NCBI GenBank assembly: GCA_000995415.1 | Contig: LCEX01000008.1 | Span: 8,398-72,397 of the forward strand | Origin: Candidatus Gottesmanbacteria bacterium GW2011_GWC1_43_10 | GTDB lineage: Bacteria > Patescibacteriota > Microgenomatia > UBA10105 | DNA: 64,000 nucleotides | Direction of reading: 5' to 3' | Shown: positions 1-11,046 of the stretch, one piece after another | Numbering within the stretch: position 1 is the first letter of the stretch | How the letters are laid out: each line of letters starts with the position of its first letter | Translations under genes and position numbers: made by a program | Notes under the pieces: generated by a model | The model's input: the letters and a program-made list of their open reading frames with translations, nothing else | Database searches by the model: none | What the model was told of the DNA's origin: nothing

Positions 1-810
1 TCCACAACTGATCCAAAAATACGAAATGACGGTGAAAATCGTTTGCTCCTTGAACCAACGTTTCAGCTTTAGTGAGATAAACTTCAGTAACGGCCGGTAA
101 CCAAAACCAGGCTGTAAATAAAGCGCCGACAACTATCACTTTAAGTATCAGCGCTGCTTTACTAAAATCAGATCGGTTAACTAGACTCTTTAGTAATTCG
201 CTGGCTAAGAAAAGTCCCAAAAATCCGAGAGTCAGGAAAGCAGTGATGTTGTGTGAAAGAATTACGCCTGCCAAACCTAAAGCAGCAATCAACCAGCTTT
301 GATCTCTATTTTCTTTGTCTCCGATAATCCCATATAATATTAACGGCAAAAATGCATATGCCCAGTATTCCCCCACTGCTCCCCGTACATATATTTGTAC
401 TCCGTGATACGGCGCATAGAGATATACCAGGGCCGAAATTATCCCGCCCCATACTCCTCCCAACTTATATCCCAATACATACATAAATATTGCGGCCAGC
501 AAAACACCTAGACCAAACATAAGTTTGGTAACTACTATTGCATCCAAACCTGACAACACTCCAATCGCTCCTATGTAATAAGGTAACGGCGCGTAAAAAT
601 TGAAAATCGGGTACCCGTAACCATAACCCAAATCACTTACCCAACGCACCGGGAATTGGCCATCTCCCAGGGCTCGGGCCATTTCAAAAACGCGCGTCGG
701 TTGTGTGTCATCATGCATCGGAAAATATCCGCGAGAAAGAAGCGGCGACAAAATGGGAAATGACAGCAGGATGATAAATATTAACGGAAGGATTTTTTTC
801 GTAAGTTCCA
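1..810 (-). CDS. Polytopic membrane protein, YfhO/PMT-like putative GT-C glycosyltransferase. N-terminal part only; C-terminus lies beyond the window start.
   Basis: Not in the ORF track because it is truncated. Manual minus-strand translation starts ATG at 810 (MELTKKILPLIFIILLSFPILSPLLSRGYFPMHDDTQPTRVFEMARALGDGQFPVRWVSDLGYGYGYPIFNFYAPLPYY...). It is a clear paralog of ORF 781..2379 (shared YFP.HD...P.RW....G.GYP.F.FY.PLPYY motif). Confidence 0.6.
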
Positions 811-2379
811 TAAATATATTAACACAATTACTCCGCTCACGCTTAGTATATCAGCTACCTGGCGAATAGGTGTATTGGTAAAATCCACTTTCACTTCATG
901 CGCGCCCTCTGGAACATTAAGCGCCATCAACCCAGTCTGTGGTATAACCTCTATCTGGCTTGGCTTTTGATCAACCTGGGCTACCCAACCCGGAAAGTAA
1001 ACTGTATTCACTAACAGTTTGGTTGGCAAAGGTGTATTGACCTGCAGTTTTAAACTGGTACTCGTATTTTTTTCTATCCGAAAACTTCCACCGCTATCTA
1101 AAACTACTTTTTCTGGTGGACGGTTTCGCGGTTTCACTCGCACTCCAATAGGCATGAGTTCATCAGCCGAAGTTGTGGTTGCATCATTGGTTTGATAATA
1201 GTCATCGCTCGGGTATATCCGAGGTAACGTCCGGATAAGATTTGAGTTTAATCCGATTCCCAGTATTATGACTAACACTACCCACACTTTACCCAACCTG
1301 AGGTGAGCGATGGCACCACTTGTGAACGCCAGCAAAAATGTGGCCACACTTAATGTCCGCCAGGGAAAATCAATTTCTTGTAAAAAGGGTAACTGCCACA
1401 AAAACCCCGAGATTGGAAATAACATTATTAGCGCCAAAATATCTAACCCCACCAGAACCAACAATCGTGATTTAAGTGCTGGTTTACCAAAGAAAAAAGA
1501 ACCCAATGACAAGATTGCTGCGAGTAACAATCCGGTCCCGATAAATAAAGGCGGACGGACACCAAATTGCCAAGAATCAACTAGCAGCTCTGGCAGAGTC
1601 ATAAAATGTTCGGCTTTATTGGCTAAAGGGGTTTGACTCAAGATAATCTGCGATTTTTCAAGTATCGCCGGTAGCCAAAAATACGCTGACAGAAGTAGAC
1701 CCAAACCTAAAGTCACTGCTAGTATCTTGACTTTTTCAGGAGAAAATTTGACTTGCACCAATAAAAAAACCAGCCAAACGCAAAAAAACGGCAGAAATAA
1801 AATAGCTAAAGCATTGTGGGTCAAAATCAAAGCCGCCAGGGTCAAACTGCCGGCAATCATCAATTTGGATGATGGTTTCTGAATCAGTTGGTCAAATAAC
1901 CAAAACAGGAGCGGAAAAAAAACTAGGGCCAACGACTCGCCTATAGATCCGCGCACAAATAAATTGGTAAATCGGTACGGGGCATAGGTGTAAAGCGCTG
2001 CCGCCACTAAACCTCCCCACACCCCCCACTGCGACTCGGCCAATAAAAACATCGTCACTCCCGAACCCACCACTGTTAATATAAAAGTAAGTTTTACGGC
2101 ACTTACCAAACCAAAGCCTACTGCATATAGAATTTCTGCCAAATAGTACGGCAAAGGATAAGTAAACAAAAACAACGGATAACCAAACCCATGATTGAGG
2201 TACCCGGCCCACCGCGGAGGTAGTTGTAATTCTTTGATTTCGCGATGCATTTCGGCGAGTCGCACCACCGCCCATTCACCGTCATGTGTCGGAAAATAAC
2301 CCGGCAACAAAAACTGATAAATCACCGGAAGGGAAATCAACAAAATAAATAGCCAGCTAAACAATCGTGATAGTTTCAT
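781..2379 (-). CDS. Polytopic membrane protein, YfhO/PMT-like putative GT-C glycosyltransferase
   Basis: 532 aa with many TM segments. N-terminal motif YFPTHDGEWAVVRLAEMHRE...PPRWAGYLNHGFGYPLFLFTYPLPYY is paralogous to the upstream partial gene. TAATG stop/start overlap with the next gene. Confidence 0.6.
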   Translation of the reverse strand: MKLSRLFSWLFILLISLPVIYQFLLPGYFPTHDGEWAVVRLAEMHREIKELQLPPRWAGYLNHGFGYPLFLFTYPLPYYLAEILYAVGFGLVSAVKLTFILTVVGSGVTMFLLAESQWGVWGGLVAAALYTYAPYRFTNLFVRGSIGESLALVFFPLLFWLFDQLIQKPSSKLMIAGSLTLAALILTHNALAILFLPFFCVWLVFLLVQVKFSPEKVKILAVTLGLGLLLSAYFWLPAILEKSQIILSQTPLANKAEHFMTLPELLVDSWQFGVRPPLFIGTGLLLAAILSLGSFFFGKPALKSRLLVLVGLDILALIMLFPISGFLWQLPFLQEIDFPWRTLSVATFLLAFTSGAIAHLRLGKVWVVLVIILGIGLNSNLIRTLPRIYPSDDYYQTNDATTTSADELMPIGVRVKPRNRPPEKVVLDSGGSFRIEKNTSTSLKLQVNTPLPTKLLVNTVYFPGWVAQVDQKPSQIEVIPQTGLMALNVPEGAHEVKVDFTNTPIRQVADILSVSGVIVLIYLWNLRKKSFR

Positions 2380-3887
2380 TAGGGTAAGACACGATAAAAT
2401 TTTAGGTATGTGGGTCCATCGCCGCGTTGATATTGGGCAATGAGTTTAAGTGGCCAATACTCGGGTATTTGTTGCCTTTCTTTAAAGAGTAAGTACGTGG
2501 GTTGGACTTTGGCAGCCTCCTGAAGTTGTTTAGGAAAATCTCCACCAATCGGCCAAATTGGATCAAACTTGACGTTGGGATTTTTACCCAAATATAACTC
2601 CAAGGCCATCGGATACAATCCAAACGTACCTTCGGTTCCCACCAAAATTTGACCATGCTTGCTAGCTTCATCTAAATATGCCACCGCTTCCTTGATCCCG
2701 TAGCCGGCAGGCCAATCATTGATGTACTGTTGTCGGTCTGTGCTGGGAATTGGCGCATGAATCGGATCAAAAATAATCTGCCTGTCAAACCAAATCAATG
2801 GTGATATCAAAAGTACTGTTGCAATCATCAACCAGGTTCTATGACGAATTGTGGCTAATAAATGATCGCCGAATATGATGGTCGGGATAAGTAATGGAAA
2901 AACCATAAATAAAATAAACCGCGGATAGATCACTCGGCCAAATGCAGCCAAGGCAAAAAAAGGAATTATAAAATAGCCTAAGAAAAATAGTGCCCGACGC
3001 AAATTGTGTCTGATATACCAAATATTGGCAGCTAAAATAAGCAAACTTAGTAGCGGAGTCAAGTAACCCACCAACCAGGAAGTCAGACTCTTCAAGTTGT
3101 TATATAGATGACTAAGCGGAGCCCGTAAGAATTCCGCCGGAGTATAAATAAATTCCAAGTTTTTTTGGGCGATGATGTGGCGAAATTCTGACAGTCTTAA
3201 AATATTATTGTAAATCTGCGCTTGAAAAATGATGACTAAACATAAAAGTAACCACTTAAAGAGATTGGCTCCACGCTTTTTTGTGGGCCAGGGCGTAATT
3301 AATAAAGTCAGTGGCAGTAGCATCCAAAAAAAGTTAGCCGAAGATTTAGTCAGCAACCCTGCCCCTATAAAAGTACCCAAAATAAGAGCTAAATCCAATC
3401 TTTGCTTAAGCGCAAAAAGATATGTAAAAAAAAGCACCCAGATGGCAATCGCCGCAAGCAAAGCATCATAAATGGCTAACCTATCATACATCAGAAAAAA
3501 AGGGATTATAAGATATAACAGGCCGCCGATGATCACTCCACGCATCTTGCGCGTCAAATACCAACCAAACACACTTATGCCCACCATGCCCGTAAAACCG
3601 GCTATTATTGAAAGCAATCTCCCGGCAATCAAAGGATCGCTCATTACTTTTAACATCGGTAAAAGCAACCAAATGAAAAGTGGCTGTTTACCATCAACAA
3701 GCGAAATGAATCGCCACCGCGGATCAGCTAAGGCAATCTGTCCCCACCTTAGATATATAGCTTCATCGGTAAAAATCGGGATAATGGTTAAGTTGACTAG
3801 TCTGGTGACAAAATAAACCAGACTCAAACCAAGTGTCAACAAGACGTATGGAAAAATCAGTTTTATGTGTTTGTTCAAGTTGATCAC
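2379..3887 (-). CDS. GT-C family membrane glycosyltransferase (ArnT/PMT-like, GT39/GT83-type)
   Basis: 502 aa, polytopic. The first extracytoplasmic loop has an IFTDEAIYLRWG DE-motif typical of polyprenyl-phosphate-sugar-dependent GT-C enzymes. Confidence 0.7.
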   Translation of the reverse strand: MINLNKHIKLIFPYVLLTLGLSLVYFVTRLVNLTIIPIFTDEAIYLRWGQIALADPRWRFISLVDGKQPLFIWLLLPMLKVMSDPLIAGRLLSIIAGFTGMVGISVFGWYLTRKMRGVIIGGLLYLIIPFFLMYDRLAIYDALLAAIAIWVLFFTYLFALKQRLDLALILGTFIGAGLLTKSSANFFWMLLPLTLLITPWPTKKRGANLFKWLLLCLVIIFQAQIYNNILRLSEFRHIIAQKNLEFIYTPAEFLRAPLSHLYNNLKSLTSWLVGYLTPLLSLLILAANIWYIRHNLRRALFFLGYFIIPFFALAAFGRVIYPRFILFMVFPLLIPTIIFGDHLLATIRHRTWLMIATVLLISPLIWFDRQIIFDPIHAPIPSTDRQQYINDWPAGYGIKEAVAYLDEASKHGQILVGTEGTFGLYPMALELYLGKNPNVKFDPIWPIGGDFPKQLQEAAKVQPTYLLFKERQQIPEYWPLKLIAQYQRGDGPTYLKFYRVLP

Positions 3888-3980
3888 CTTTTTATATATT
3901 TTTATTGTAACACAGGTTCTATGTTGTTTCTCTCAACTATGATTATGTTTACGCCAATAACGAGGTTCGGTTGAGAAAAC

Positions 3981-5504
3981 TTAATTCATGACCCGCAATT
4001 TTTCCCAAACTTCAATCTCTCCGGGAAATATTTGCTGCCAGATGAGTTGGCCGTCTCCCTCCCGCTCCGCCAACCAACTTCGTAGCCTACCGGTTTTCCA
4101 TGGATCCGGTTCAATGATGTAAAATACAGTCGCCTGCTCATCATCTCGATCAGCTGTAAAGGCGTATTCTTTATTTCCATACCACTTAAACAAGTAATGG
4201 TAGTTATAATCAATAACTGATGGGGAATAGACTTGGACGTTAAACGGTTTGCCGGAAGCTCTTTGATAAACCGTTTCGACAACTCGGATCTCGTTTTTAT
4301 AACTTGAGGCATCTCCAGCCCAAGGCTTGGCAAAAAATCTCCAAGGGGCCAAGTTGTAAAGCAATAAACTACTGATGATCACCCCACCCCAAATCCGGTA
4401 TTTTTTTACAAATATATATAACCCCATTCCGATGAGCGGCAGAACCAACGTCGGAAACATATTGATGTAATATTCCCACAGCGTCCCTTGATAAATGACT
4501 AAGTTAATCCCCAACAAACAAATTAGAACTAATAAAAATCTTAACGTTTTTTGTTTGCTGATTTCCTTTCCGCCGGCCATGATCATGATCAGTAATATTA
4601 TGCCGATAAGTTTATTGCTATTTACAAATGCATATGCCAGCAAATTGGTAATTGTCTGGATCCTATCACTCAGACGAACCAATAACGACATTTGGTTTAC
4701 TAAAGTCGGATGAGTCAAAAACTTAAACAGTGAGTACGTTTGGATCCAACTATGCCGCATTTCAAAAATCAGCCTGGGAATTAACCAAAAATCAAAACCC
4801 GCGCCTCCCAAAATCAGCTGTTTCATTTTGGGCAGCTGTCTGGTCAAAACCAACGTCAATCCAAAAACGGGCACAAACAAAATCCCTGCGGCGAGCTCAA
4901 ATTCGAAAATCGCACCCAAGACCGCTGCGACCCAAAACCACGGCCACCGGCCTTTTTGATATTTTACTAAACTTATGAGTAAAAGCAGCATCAGTAGTGG
5001 GACCAGATTGGGATGCCATAACTGAGCCCCAGTTGAGATGTAAAACGGCGATACAGACATGAGTCCCGCCAAAATTAATCCCAGTCGTTCATCTACCAGT
5101 TCTTTCCCCAAAATGAAGGCTAAAACTATGCTCGCTGCCGAAATCAGGTTGAAACTTGCTACCAACCACACCGGATCCCCCTTAAATATCCAGAATAAGG
5201 GTACTAGCAACCAATACCACCATACACCATGAAAAACTCCATCAATCCCTGTCGTCGGTCCAATCAAGGTCAAGTGACGGCCATTGACTATGTCATCCAA
5301 AGCCAAAAAATCTTTACCTTGGTCATAAGTAAAGGCAAAAAAACCATGTATAGTACCACTAAGTCGAGTGTAAATACCAATACCGACAAACAGACTTAAA
5401 AGCAGAATTGACTTGTGTTTTTTGATCCAACTTAAATCAAAAGTTTTTTGCGCCATATACTTAGTATTCCTACTGCAACGATCAAACTTAACCACATGCC
5501 CCAA
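3981..5504 (-). CDS. GT-C family membrane glycosyltransferase (ArnT/PMT-like paralog)
   Basis: 507 aa, polytopic. FAFTYDQGKDFLALDDIVNGRHLTLIGPTTG is paralogous to GFLGDEGRDMLVVKRMIVDHKLTLLGPITS of ORF 7444..8955. The true start is probably the internal Met near 5456 (MAQKTF...). Confidence 0.65.
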   Translation of the reverse strand: MGHVVKFDRCSRNTKYMAQKTFDLSWIKKHKSILLLSLFVGIGIYTRLSGTIHGFFAFTYDQGKDFLALDDIVNGRHLTLIGPTTGIDGVFHGVWWYWLLVPLFWIFKGDPVWLVASFNLISAASIVLAFILGKELVDERLGLILAGLMSVSPFYISTGAQLWHPNLVPLLMLLLLISLVKYQKGRWPWFWVAAVLGAIFEFELAAGILFVPVFGLTLVLTRQLPKMKQLILGGAGFDFWLIPRLIFEMRHSWIQTYSLFKFLTHPTLVNQMSLLVRLSDRIQTITNLLAYAFVNSNKLIGIILLIMIMAGGKEISKQKTLRFLLVLICLLGINLVIYQGTLWEYYINMFPTLVLPLIGMGLYIFVKKYRIWGGVIISSLLLYNLAPWRFFAKPWAGDASSYKNEIRVVETVYQRASGKPFNVQVYSPSVIDYNYHYLFKWYGNKEYAFTADRDDEQATVFYIIEPDPWKTGRLRSWLAEREGDGQLIWQQIFPGEIEVWEKLRVMN

Positions 5505-6580
5505 AATTGATACCGACCGGTAACCCCCCCATAATCACCAAACCAAAAGAAAGGCAAATAGCGTACCAATGTAGCCACACTCAAGGCTACGGCCAATACT
5601 TTGCAGGTGACTGATTGACTAATTGCGGCCAGTGCTACTAAGGGAATGATATACCAACTATAAGGTTCGCGTTGCCAAACTACCGGCAGCAAAACCAGTA
5701 ACCACAAATAGAAACTCCAAGGAACTAGTTTGTTTTGTAGTTTTTTGATTAAAAATAAAGGCAACAATCCGATACTTAAAAATTTGATGCTAACAGAAAC
5801 CATCAAAGTCAAAATCGACCAGGTAGCTTTGTGGGTAATAAATAAATATATTGCCAACAGAACCAAAGACAGCATCATTACCTCGTTGTGCGGACTCAAT
5901 AAACTTTCTACAAGTACCAGTGGATTTAAGGCAAAAAAAATCAGGCCGTGATCTATATTTGCCCCAGATACCTGTTTGAGGATTTTTTCAATCAACTTGA
6001 TATTCATCGCATGAAAACCCAAGAACATGAGTTTAAATAAAACCAATGTCCATACAAACTTCCCCAGGCCCAAATATGAGGGAATCAGGGTCAACCAAAG
6101 CCATCCTATTCCATACGGATAAAAACGGTGCGTCCAGCGCATGAATCTGATCCAGGGATCGGCCGGAAAATCTAAAGCGCGAAAAAATGTCGGATTCAGT
6201 CCATACTTGGTTACAATCCGCGCATCAAACATGTAGTTGAATAGGTCGTGCGAAAAGGCTGGGTAAGCCAAAATGAGCAGACTGGAAATACCGATCATCC
6301 ACCACATCTGTTTTCTGGTCATTACTTGTTTTTTGACTAACCACAAACTTAAAAAGTAAACCAGGAATAACCCTGTTAGTAAAACAACGAGAATCTGGGT
6401 TGATACTGGACGGTTAAAATAACCCAAGATTAGAAGCGGTTGCTGCAGTTTTTGATAAAATGCGTTCGTTGATAAAGTTAAATTTAAATCCACCTGCGAA
6501 TAAGAATAAACGGTTAGTCCAAAAATCAGGATAATTTCCAGTATCAGTAATGGAATAAGTTTGGTCGTTTTTGGTTTCAT
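5432..6580 (-). CDS. Polytopic membrane protein, possible GT-C fold glycosyltransferase (DUF2029/GT87-like)
   Basis: 382 aa, roughly 10 TM segments, motif SHDLFNYMFDARI...FYPYG. It sits within the glycosyltransferase gene array. Confidence 0.4.
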   Translation of the reverse strand: MKPKTTKLIPLLILEIILIFGLTVYSYSQVDLNLTLSTNAFYQKLQQPLLILGYFNRPVSTQILVVLLTGLFLVYFLSLWLVKKQVMTRKQMWWMIGISSLLILAYPAFSHDLFNYMFDARIVTKYGLNPTFFRALDFPADPWIRFMRWTHRFYPYGIGWLWLTLIPSYLGLGKFVWTLVLFKLMFLGFHAMNIKLIEKILKQVSGANIDHGLIFFALNPLVLVESLLSPHNEVMMLSLVLLAIYLFITHKATWSILTLMVSVSIKFLSIGLLPLFLIKKLQNKLVPWSFYLWLLVLLPVVWQREPYSWYIIPLVALAAISQSVTCKVLAVALSVATLVRYLPFFWFGDYGGVTGRYQFWGMWLSLIVAVGILSIWRKKLLI

Positions 6581-7341
6581 GTGGCAGAGTTCCGCTCGTA
6601 CATTCCCCTCAAACTATTAAGTCGGATGTGCAATATGTCTACCAATGCATCAAGTGAATCAAATAACGGGCTGACGCGCCTGGTTTCCACATAATGCCAT
6701 TCGACCGGGACTTCTTTGATTTTGTAGCCCGAACGGTTAGCCACAAAGAGTATTTCTACATCAAATCCTGCCGTCACCCGTGGTCCGCTCGCGTGTTTGT
6801 GTAAGTTATATAATTTCAATCTGGAAAAAACCTTTCGCGCCACCTCCCGCTTGAACAGTTTAAATCCGCATTGGGTATCTTCAATTCGACTTAAGCCCAA
6901 AATGAGATTTCTTACCAACATGAACCCGGGACCCATCAATCGACGTAAAAGCGGCGCTCCTGCCCGGCGACTTTTTCGCGATCCGATCACTACGTCGAAC
7001 CCCCGATCCAACCAGGGCAATAGTTTTTCAACCTGATCGATTGGGGTCGCCTGATCCAAATCCGTAAATAATATCCTGGCCCCTGTTGCTGCTAGCATCC
7101 CAGTAACGACTGTTCCAGCCTTCCCCTGATGCGTATTTTCGATAAGTCGAAAATGACTATTGCCGCCCACAAATTGCTTTATCAAGTCTTTGCTCGCATC
7201 GGTGGAACCGTCATCAACTATCAACACTTCCCAAACTAAAGGCTGTTTCTCTAAGTACCGGGCCACCTTATCCAAAGCTCCCAGGCGGATGTTTTGCTCT
7301 TCGTTGTAACAAGGAATTACTACCGATAATTGCGGTTGCAT
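6577..7341 (-). CDS. GT2 polyprenyl-phosphate sugar synthase (DPM1/ArnC-like, soluble form)
   Basis: LSVVIPCYNEEQNI...LIVDDGSTDAS GT-A DxD region, 254 aa without a C-terminal TM. Confidence 0.8.
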   Translation of the reverse strand: MQPQLSVVIPCYNEEQNIRLGALDKVARYLEKQPLVWEVLIVDDGSTDASKDLIKQFVGGNSHFRLIENTHQGKAGTVVTGMLAATGARILFTDLDQATPIDQVEKLLPWLDRGFDVVIGSRKSRRAGAPLLRRLMGPGFMLVRNLILGLSRIEDTQCGFKLFKREVARKVFSRLKLYNLHKHASGPRVTAGFDVEILFVANRSGYKIKEVPVEWHYVETRRVSPLFDSLDALVDILHIRLNSLRGMYERNSAT

Positions 7342-7443
7342 TGCCTAATTGTAGGTGAAAATGCCTATATTTGCAATCTAAACTGAGGGTAAGATATTAT
7401 TTCCACCCGAATCCTTAAGGCCCGCAGGCCGAGGGATCTTACG

Positions 7444-8955
7444 TTAAGGTAAGGGGTCAGTGACGGTTGGCTGATTTTCGCCTAAGTAATGTACCAATCT
7501 GAACACTTTAAACAATCCAACTTGCCATTCATCGGTGATTTCGGCTCGACCAAAACCGGCAATTTCCCATAAGGGGTGTCCCAACGGTTGACAAACTTTT
7601 TCTTCACAGACCACCAATAGCTGGTCAGTCACGGATTTGCGATTCGGATCGACCTTTGGATTCTCAATTACCACCGGTGGAGTTCCCATGATTTCCAAGA
7701 AGTAACGGTAGGCATGATCGGAATTTTTGTAGGCAATTAAAGCAAAATTATACGGTTTGCCACTTGTTTTGTCTAAAATAAATTGTGCTATCTCTTTAGT
7801 CTGGGTAACCAACCGATTTGGAGCAGCTAAAATCGGAGTCTGCTTCAACTCAAAATAACTCAACATCCCAACTACTAGTATCGCGATCAGCCACCCATAT
7901 TTGTTTTTCATGAGATGCGACAGGGCAATCGCGACCAATAAAAAAGGCAATGGAAAAGCAAACATCAAGTAGTAATCATAAATATTTCCGGTATAAAAAG
8001 AGAGCAATCCAATTCCCACCAGATACCAAATTAGTAAAACTATGAGCGCTCCATGTCGTCGCGGTTTATATTTGTTACTTTTGCTTAAATAAAAACAAAT
8101 ACCTAAAGTCAGCAATAGTACAACCGTAGCTATTCGCGCATTTTCGATGACGACTACCCGCCAAAACAATCTTAAGGTCAAGTCCCAAAACCTATAAAGT
8201 ACTGTGGTTAGTCCAAATGATTTGGCGTCTCCACCGCGCGTCACAAACTCATACACAGTGATCGTGTTGATAAACTGGTGTCTTACCTCAAATAATAAAA
8301 AGGGCAAGCTGCTTACAAATCCTCCAAACAACAAGCTTAACCAATAAACTAGCGGAATTCTAAAGCGTTTTAACCCTAAACAAACAAGGGTAATCGGAAT
8401 AAACACCAACGCGATATAATGTAACTGCAAAGCCACACCTATAGCCAAACCCGCTACAAATAAGAAGCGATAACGATCCTCACACATCACTTTTACTAGA
8501 CTGTACACTGTCAACAAGGCCCAAAACGGCAGAATGTTGGGGTTCCATGAGGAATGCGAATACGTGATCACGAGCGGTGACAAGGCATAAAGCAAAGAAG
8601 CAATTACTGCCACTTTGGTGTCGAAAAACTCCCGGCTCAATTTCCAGATAAGAAGAATTGTGGCTAATGAAAATAGTGCCACCATCACCGCCGGGCCCGT
8701 CGGATCTAGACGCCAAGCCCACAAAAATGGCACCATAAAGTAATAATACATGGGTCCCAGATGCATGAGGCCAACGCTGGTGATCGGTCCAAGAAGAGTA
8801 AGTTTATGATCTACGATCATTCGTTTGACCACCAACATATCCCGTCCCTCATCGCCCAAAAATCCCATGTAATCACCAATACGATAAAGCCGGAGATAGG
8901 CAGCAATTATGAGAATAATAAATAAAATAATATAAGGAAGATATTTTTTAAACAT
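7444..8955 (-). CDS. GT-C family membrane glycosyltransferase (ArnT/PMT-like)
   Basis: 503 aa, polytopic, GFLGDEGRD motif. Paralog of 3981..5504. Confidence 0.7.
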   Translation of the reverse strand: MFKKYLPYIILFIILIIAAYLRLYRIGDYMGFLGDEGRDMLVVKRMIVDHKLTLLGPITSVGLMHLGPMYYYFMVPFLWAWRLDPTGPAVMVALFSLATILLIWKLSREFFDTKVAVIASLLYALSPLVITYSHSSWNPNILPFWALLTVYSLVKVMCEDRYRFLFVAGLAIGVALQLHYIALVFIPITLVCLGLKRFRIPLVYWLSLLFGGFVSSLPFLLFEVRHQFINTITVYEFVTRGGDAKSFGLTTVLYRFWDLTLRLFWRVVVIENARIATVVLLLTLGICFYLSKSNKYKPRRHGALIVLLIWYLVGIGLLSFYTGNIYDYYLMFAFPLPFLLVAIALSHLMKNKYGWLIAILVVGMLSYFELKQTPILAAPNRLVTQTKEIAQFILDKTSGKPYNFALIAYKNSDHAYRYFLEIMGTPPVVIENPKVDPNRKSVTDQLLVVCEEKVCQPLGHPLWEIAGFGRAEITDEWQVGLFKVFRLVHYLGENQPTVTDPLP

Positions 8956-9082
8956 TATTTAGTTTTGTCATCCCACAATCTGCCGGCTGGCGGAGGGAAT
9001 TTAAATTATTATTTATAGATTATCCGATCCCTCCAAATGGAGACAGGCAAGTTGAATAATGACAAGGTGTCCGGCTTCATTT

Positions 9083-10177
9083 TTATTTCTTCCAAATGAA
9101 GCGGTTATAGATAAAGTAATTATAAGGAATAACTAAAAAAGCAATTGCAAAAATCATCAGTAAAAACCAAGCTGATTTGCCCCACAACCAAACACCCACT
9201 CCCACGACTACTCCTTGAATAATTACGGCGCCAATCGAAGTGCCCAAGAAATGAATAAATTTTTGGCTAAGTTTTGTGAGTCCGGATATGCGTTTGTGAC
9301 TAAATGTCCACAAATTGTTACCCAAAAAATTGGCGCAAATGGCAAAGAAAGAACCGATTGCCACGGCTATCCCGGGATTTATAAACTGGACGAGCACTTT
9401 GGCAATTATAGTTTGGACACTAAATCCGATGACGCCGATGACTAAATATTTAAGGAAGGTCGAGTTGTTCAAGATATACAGCAACAGATTTTTGATATAA
9501 TCAAAAGGAGCAATTTTACTTTTTCCATGAATCCGATCTGCAAACTGTTGTGGAACTTCGGCGATTTTAAATCCGGCAACTTTGGCTTTACGTAAAAAGG
9601 CGACTTGGAATGTATAACCGGAATATTTTTCCAGTCCTGCCTCAACTTCGGTAAACACCTGCTTTTTATATACTCTGTATCCGGAGGTCCAATCATGCGG
9701 GAGTAACATCCCCAATCCAAACCTAACTACCGTATTCCCAACAATACTATAAATCTTGCGGTGAATCCCCCAGTTTCCGGGGATTGAACCGCCGGGAATA
9801 TAACGACTACCAATCACTAAATCAGCACCTCTTTCCAGTTGATAAAAAAAATCCGGTAGTAGTAATGGGTTATGTTGCCAGTCTGCATCCATTTGAATAA
9901 AAATATCAGGCTGTAGATATTTGAACGCATAATTTGCCCCAAACATATAGGCAGCTCCCAATCCTTCTTTTTTCTTTGAAATCAAGATAATATTGTTGTA
10001 TCTTTTGGATAAATTTTCTACAGTTTTGGCCGTACCGTCCGGAGAGTAATCATCAACCACCAAAATCGTCAGTTTATATTTTGTAAGTTTTTGAAACACT
10101 CCTTCAATTGCTCCAATTAACGTTTCGACGTTGTCCTTCTCGTTATATGTAGGAAGAATTAATATGACATTTTTCAT
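9083..10177 (-). CDS. GT2 polyprenyl-phosphate glycosyltransferase fused to a C-terminal GtrA-like membrane domain
   Basis: N-terminus ILPTYNEKDNV...VVDDYSPDGT is a GT2 fold. The C-terminal 120 aa carry 4 TM segments typical of GtrA (KYLVIGVIGFSVQ...NNLWTF). Confidence 0.8.
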   Translation of the reverse strand: MKNVILILPTYNEKDNVETLIGAIEGVFQKLTKYKLTILVVDDYSPDGTAKTVENLSKRYNNIILISKKKEGLGAAYMFGANYAFKYLQPDIFIQMDADWQHNPLLLPDFFYQLERGADLVIGSRYIPGGSIPGNWGIHRKIYSIVGNTVVRFGLGMLLPHDWTSGYRVYKKQVFTEVEAGLEKYSGYTFQVAFLRKAKVAGFKIAEVPQQFADRIHGKSKIAPFDYIKNLLLYILNNSTFLKYLVIGVIGFSVQTIIAKVLVQFINPGIAVAIGSFFAICANFLGNNLWTFSHKRISGLTKLSQKFIHFLGTSIGAVIIQGVVVGVGVWLWGKSAWFLLMIFAIAFLVIPYNYFIYNRFIWKK

Positions 10178-10185
10178 ACAAGTTG

Positions 10186-11046
10186 TTACTTTTTGAAATA
10201 TTCCAGAGTTTTTGTAAGTCCTTCTTCCAAACCAACTTTCGCTTCCCAGTCGGTTTCTCCCCAGTAGTGAGAAACTTTTTTAATGATATTAAGTAGTTCC
10301 AAAATGGTTTTTTCTTCCGGGTTACCTAAATTGATCACTTCACCCCGAGCCGCAGGAGTTGTAAAAACTGACATGATTCCTTCTATTAAATCTGAAATAT
10401 AACAAAAACTTCGAGTTTGACTGCCATCTCCCTGAATAGTTAAAGGAGTACGCGAGAGAATTTGTTTAATAAAATTTGTTACCACCCTCCCATCATCTAT
10501 ATCCATTCTTGGGCCAAAGGTATTAAAAATCCGAATGATGCGGCCATCAAGCTGATATTTTCGGATATAAGTAGCCACAAAAGATTCACCCACCCGTTTG
10601 GCTTCATCATAACAAGAACGTGGACCATTGGGATTGACATGTCCCCAATAGGTTTCTTTTTGGGGATGTTCCCGAGGGTCTCCATAAACTTCAGAGGTGG
10701 AGGCAAAAATAAATTTAGCTTGCCAAACCCGAGCCTTCTCAAGTAAATAATAAGTGCCTATTGAGTTAACTAACAATGTTTCTACGGCATATTTTTGGTA
10801 TTTTGGGGGACTAGCTGGTGAAGCAAAATGGAAAATGACACTCGCCGAAATTGCCTCGGGAAGTGGTAAAGTCACATCATGTTCAATAAATTCAAATTTA
10901 GGTTGGGATAATAAATGTGCAATATTTTTCTTATGGCCCGTAACTAGATTATCAATGCAAACGACTTCGTGACCAGTTTCGAGTAATCGATCACACAAAA
11001 AAGATCCAATAAAACCAGCACCACCGGTAACAAGACACTTCATCAA
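10186..11046 (-). CDS. uxs: UDP-glucuronate decarboxylase (UDP-xylose synthase)
   Basis: Extended SDR with GGAGFIGS. Near-identical blocks to UXS1: ASTSEVYGDPREHPQKETYWGHVNPNGPRSCYDEAKRV, RIFNTFGPRMDIDDGRVVTNFI, GDGSQTRSF, NLGNPEEKTILE. Confidence 0.85.
   Translation of the reverse strand: MMKCLVTGGAGFIGSFLCDRLLETGHEVVCIDNLVTGHKKNIAHLLSQPKFEFIEHDVTLPLPEAISASVIFHFASPASPPKYQKYAVETLLVNSIGTYYLLEKARVWQAKFIFASTSEVYGDPREHPQKETYWGHVNPNGPRSCYDEAKRVGESFVATYIRKYQLDGRIIRIFNTFGPRMDIDDGRVVTNFIKQILSRTPLTIQGDGSQTRSFCYISDLIEGIMSVFTTPAARGEVINLGNPEEKTILELLNIIKKVSHYWGETDWEAKVGLEEGLTKTLEYFKK

Noticed and set aside
1310-1636. Plus-strand ORFs embedded in the minus-strand GT genes (1310..1636, 3229..3471, 3472..3816, 4495..4713, 4730..4978 and similar)
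   Set aside because: They lie entirely antisense to long, well-supported membrane-protein ORFs and have low-complexity or basic composition. They are treated as frame shadows.
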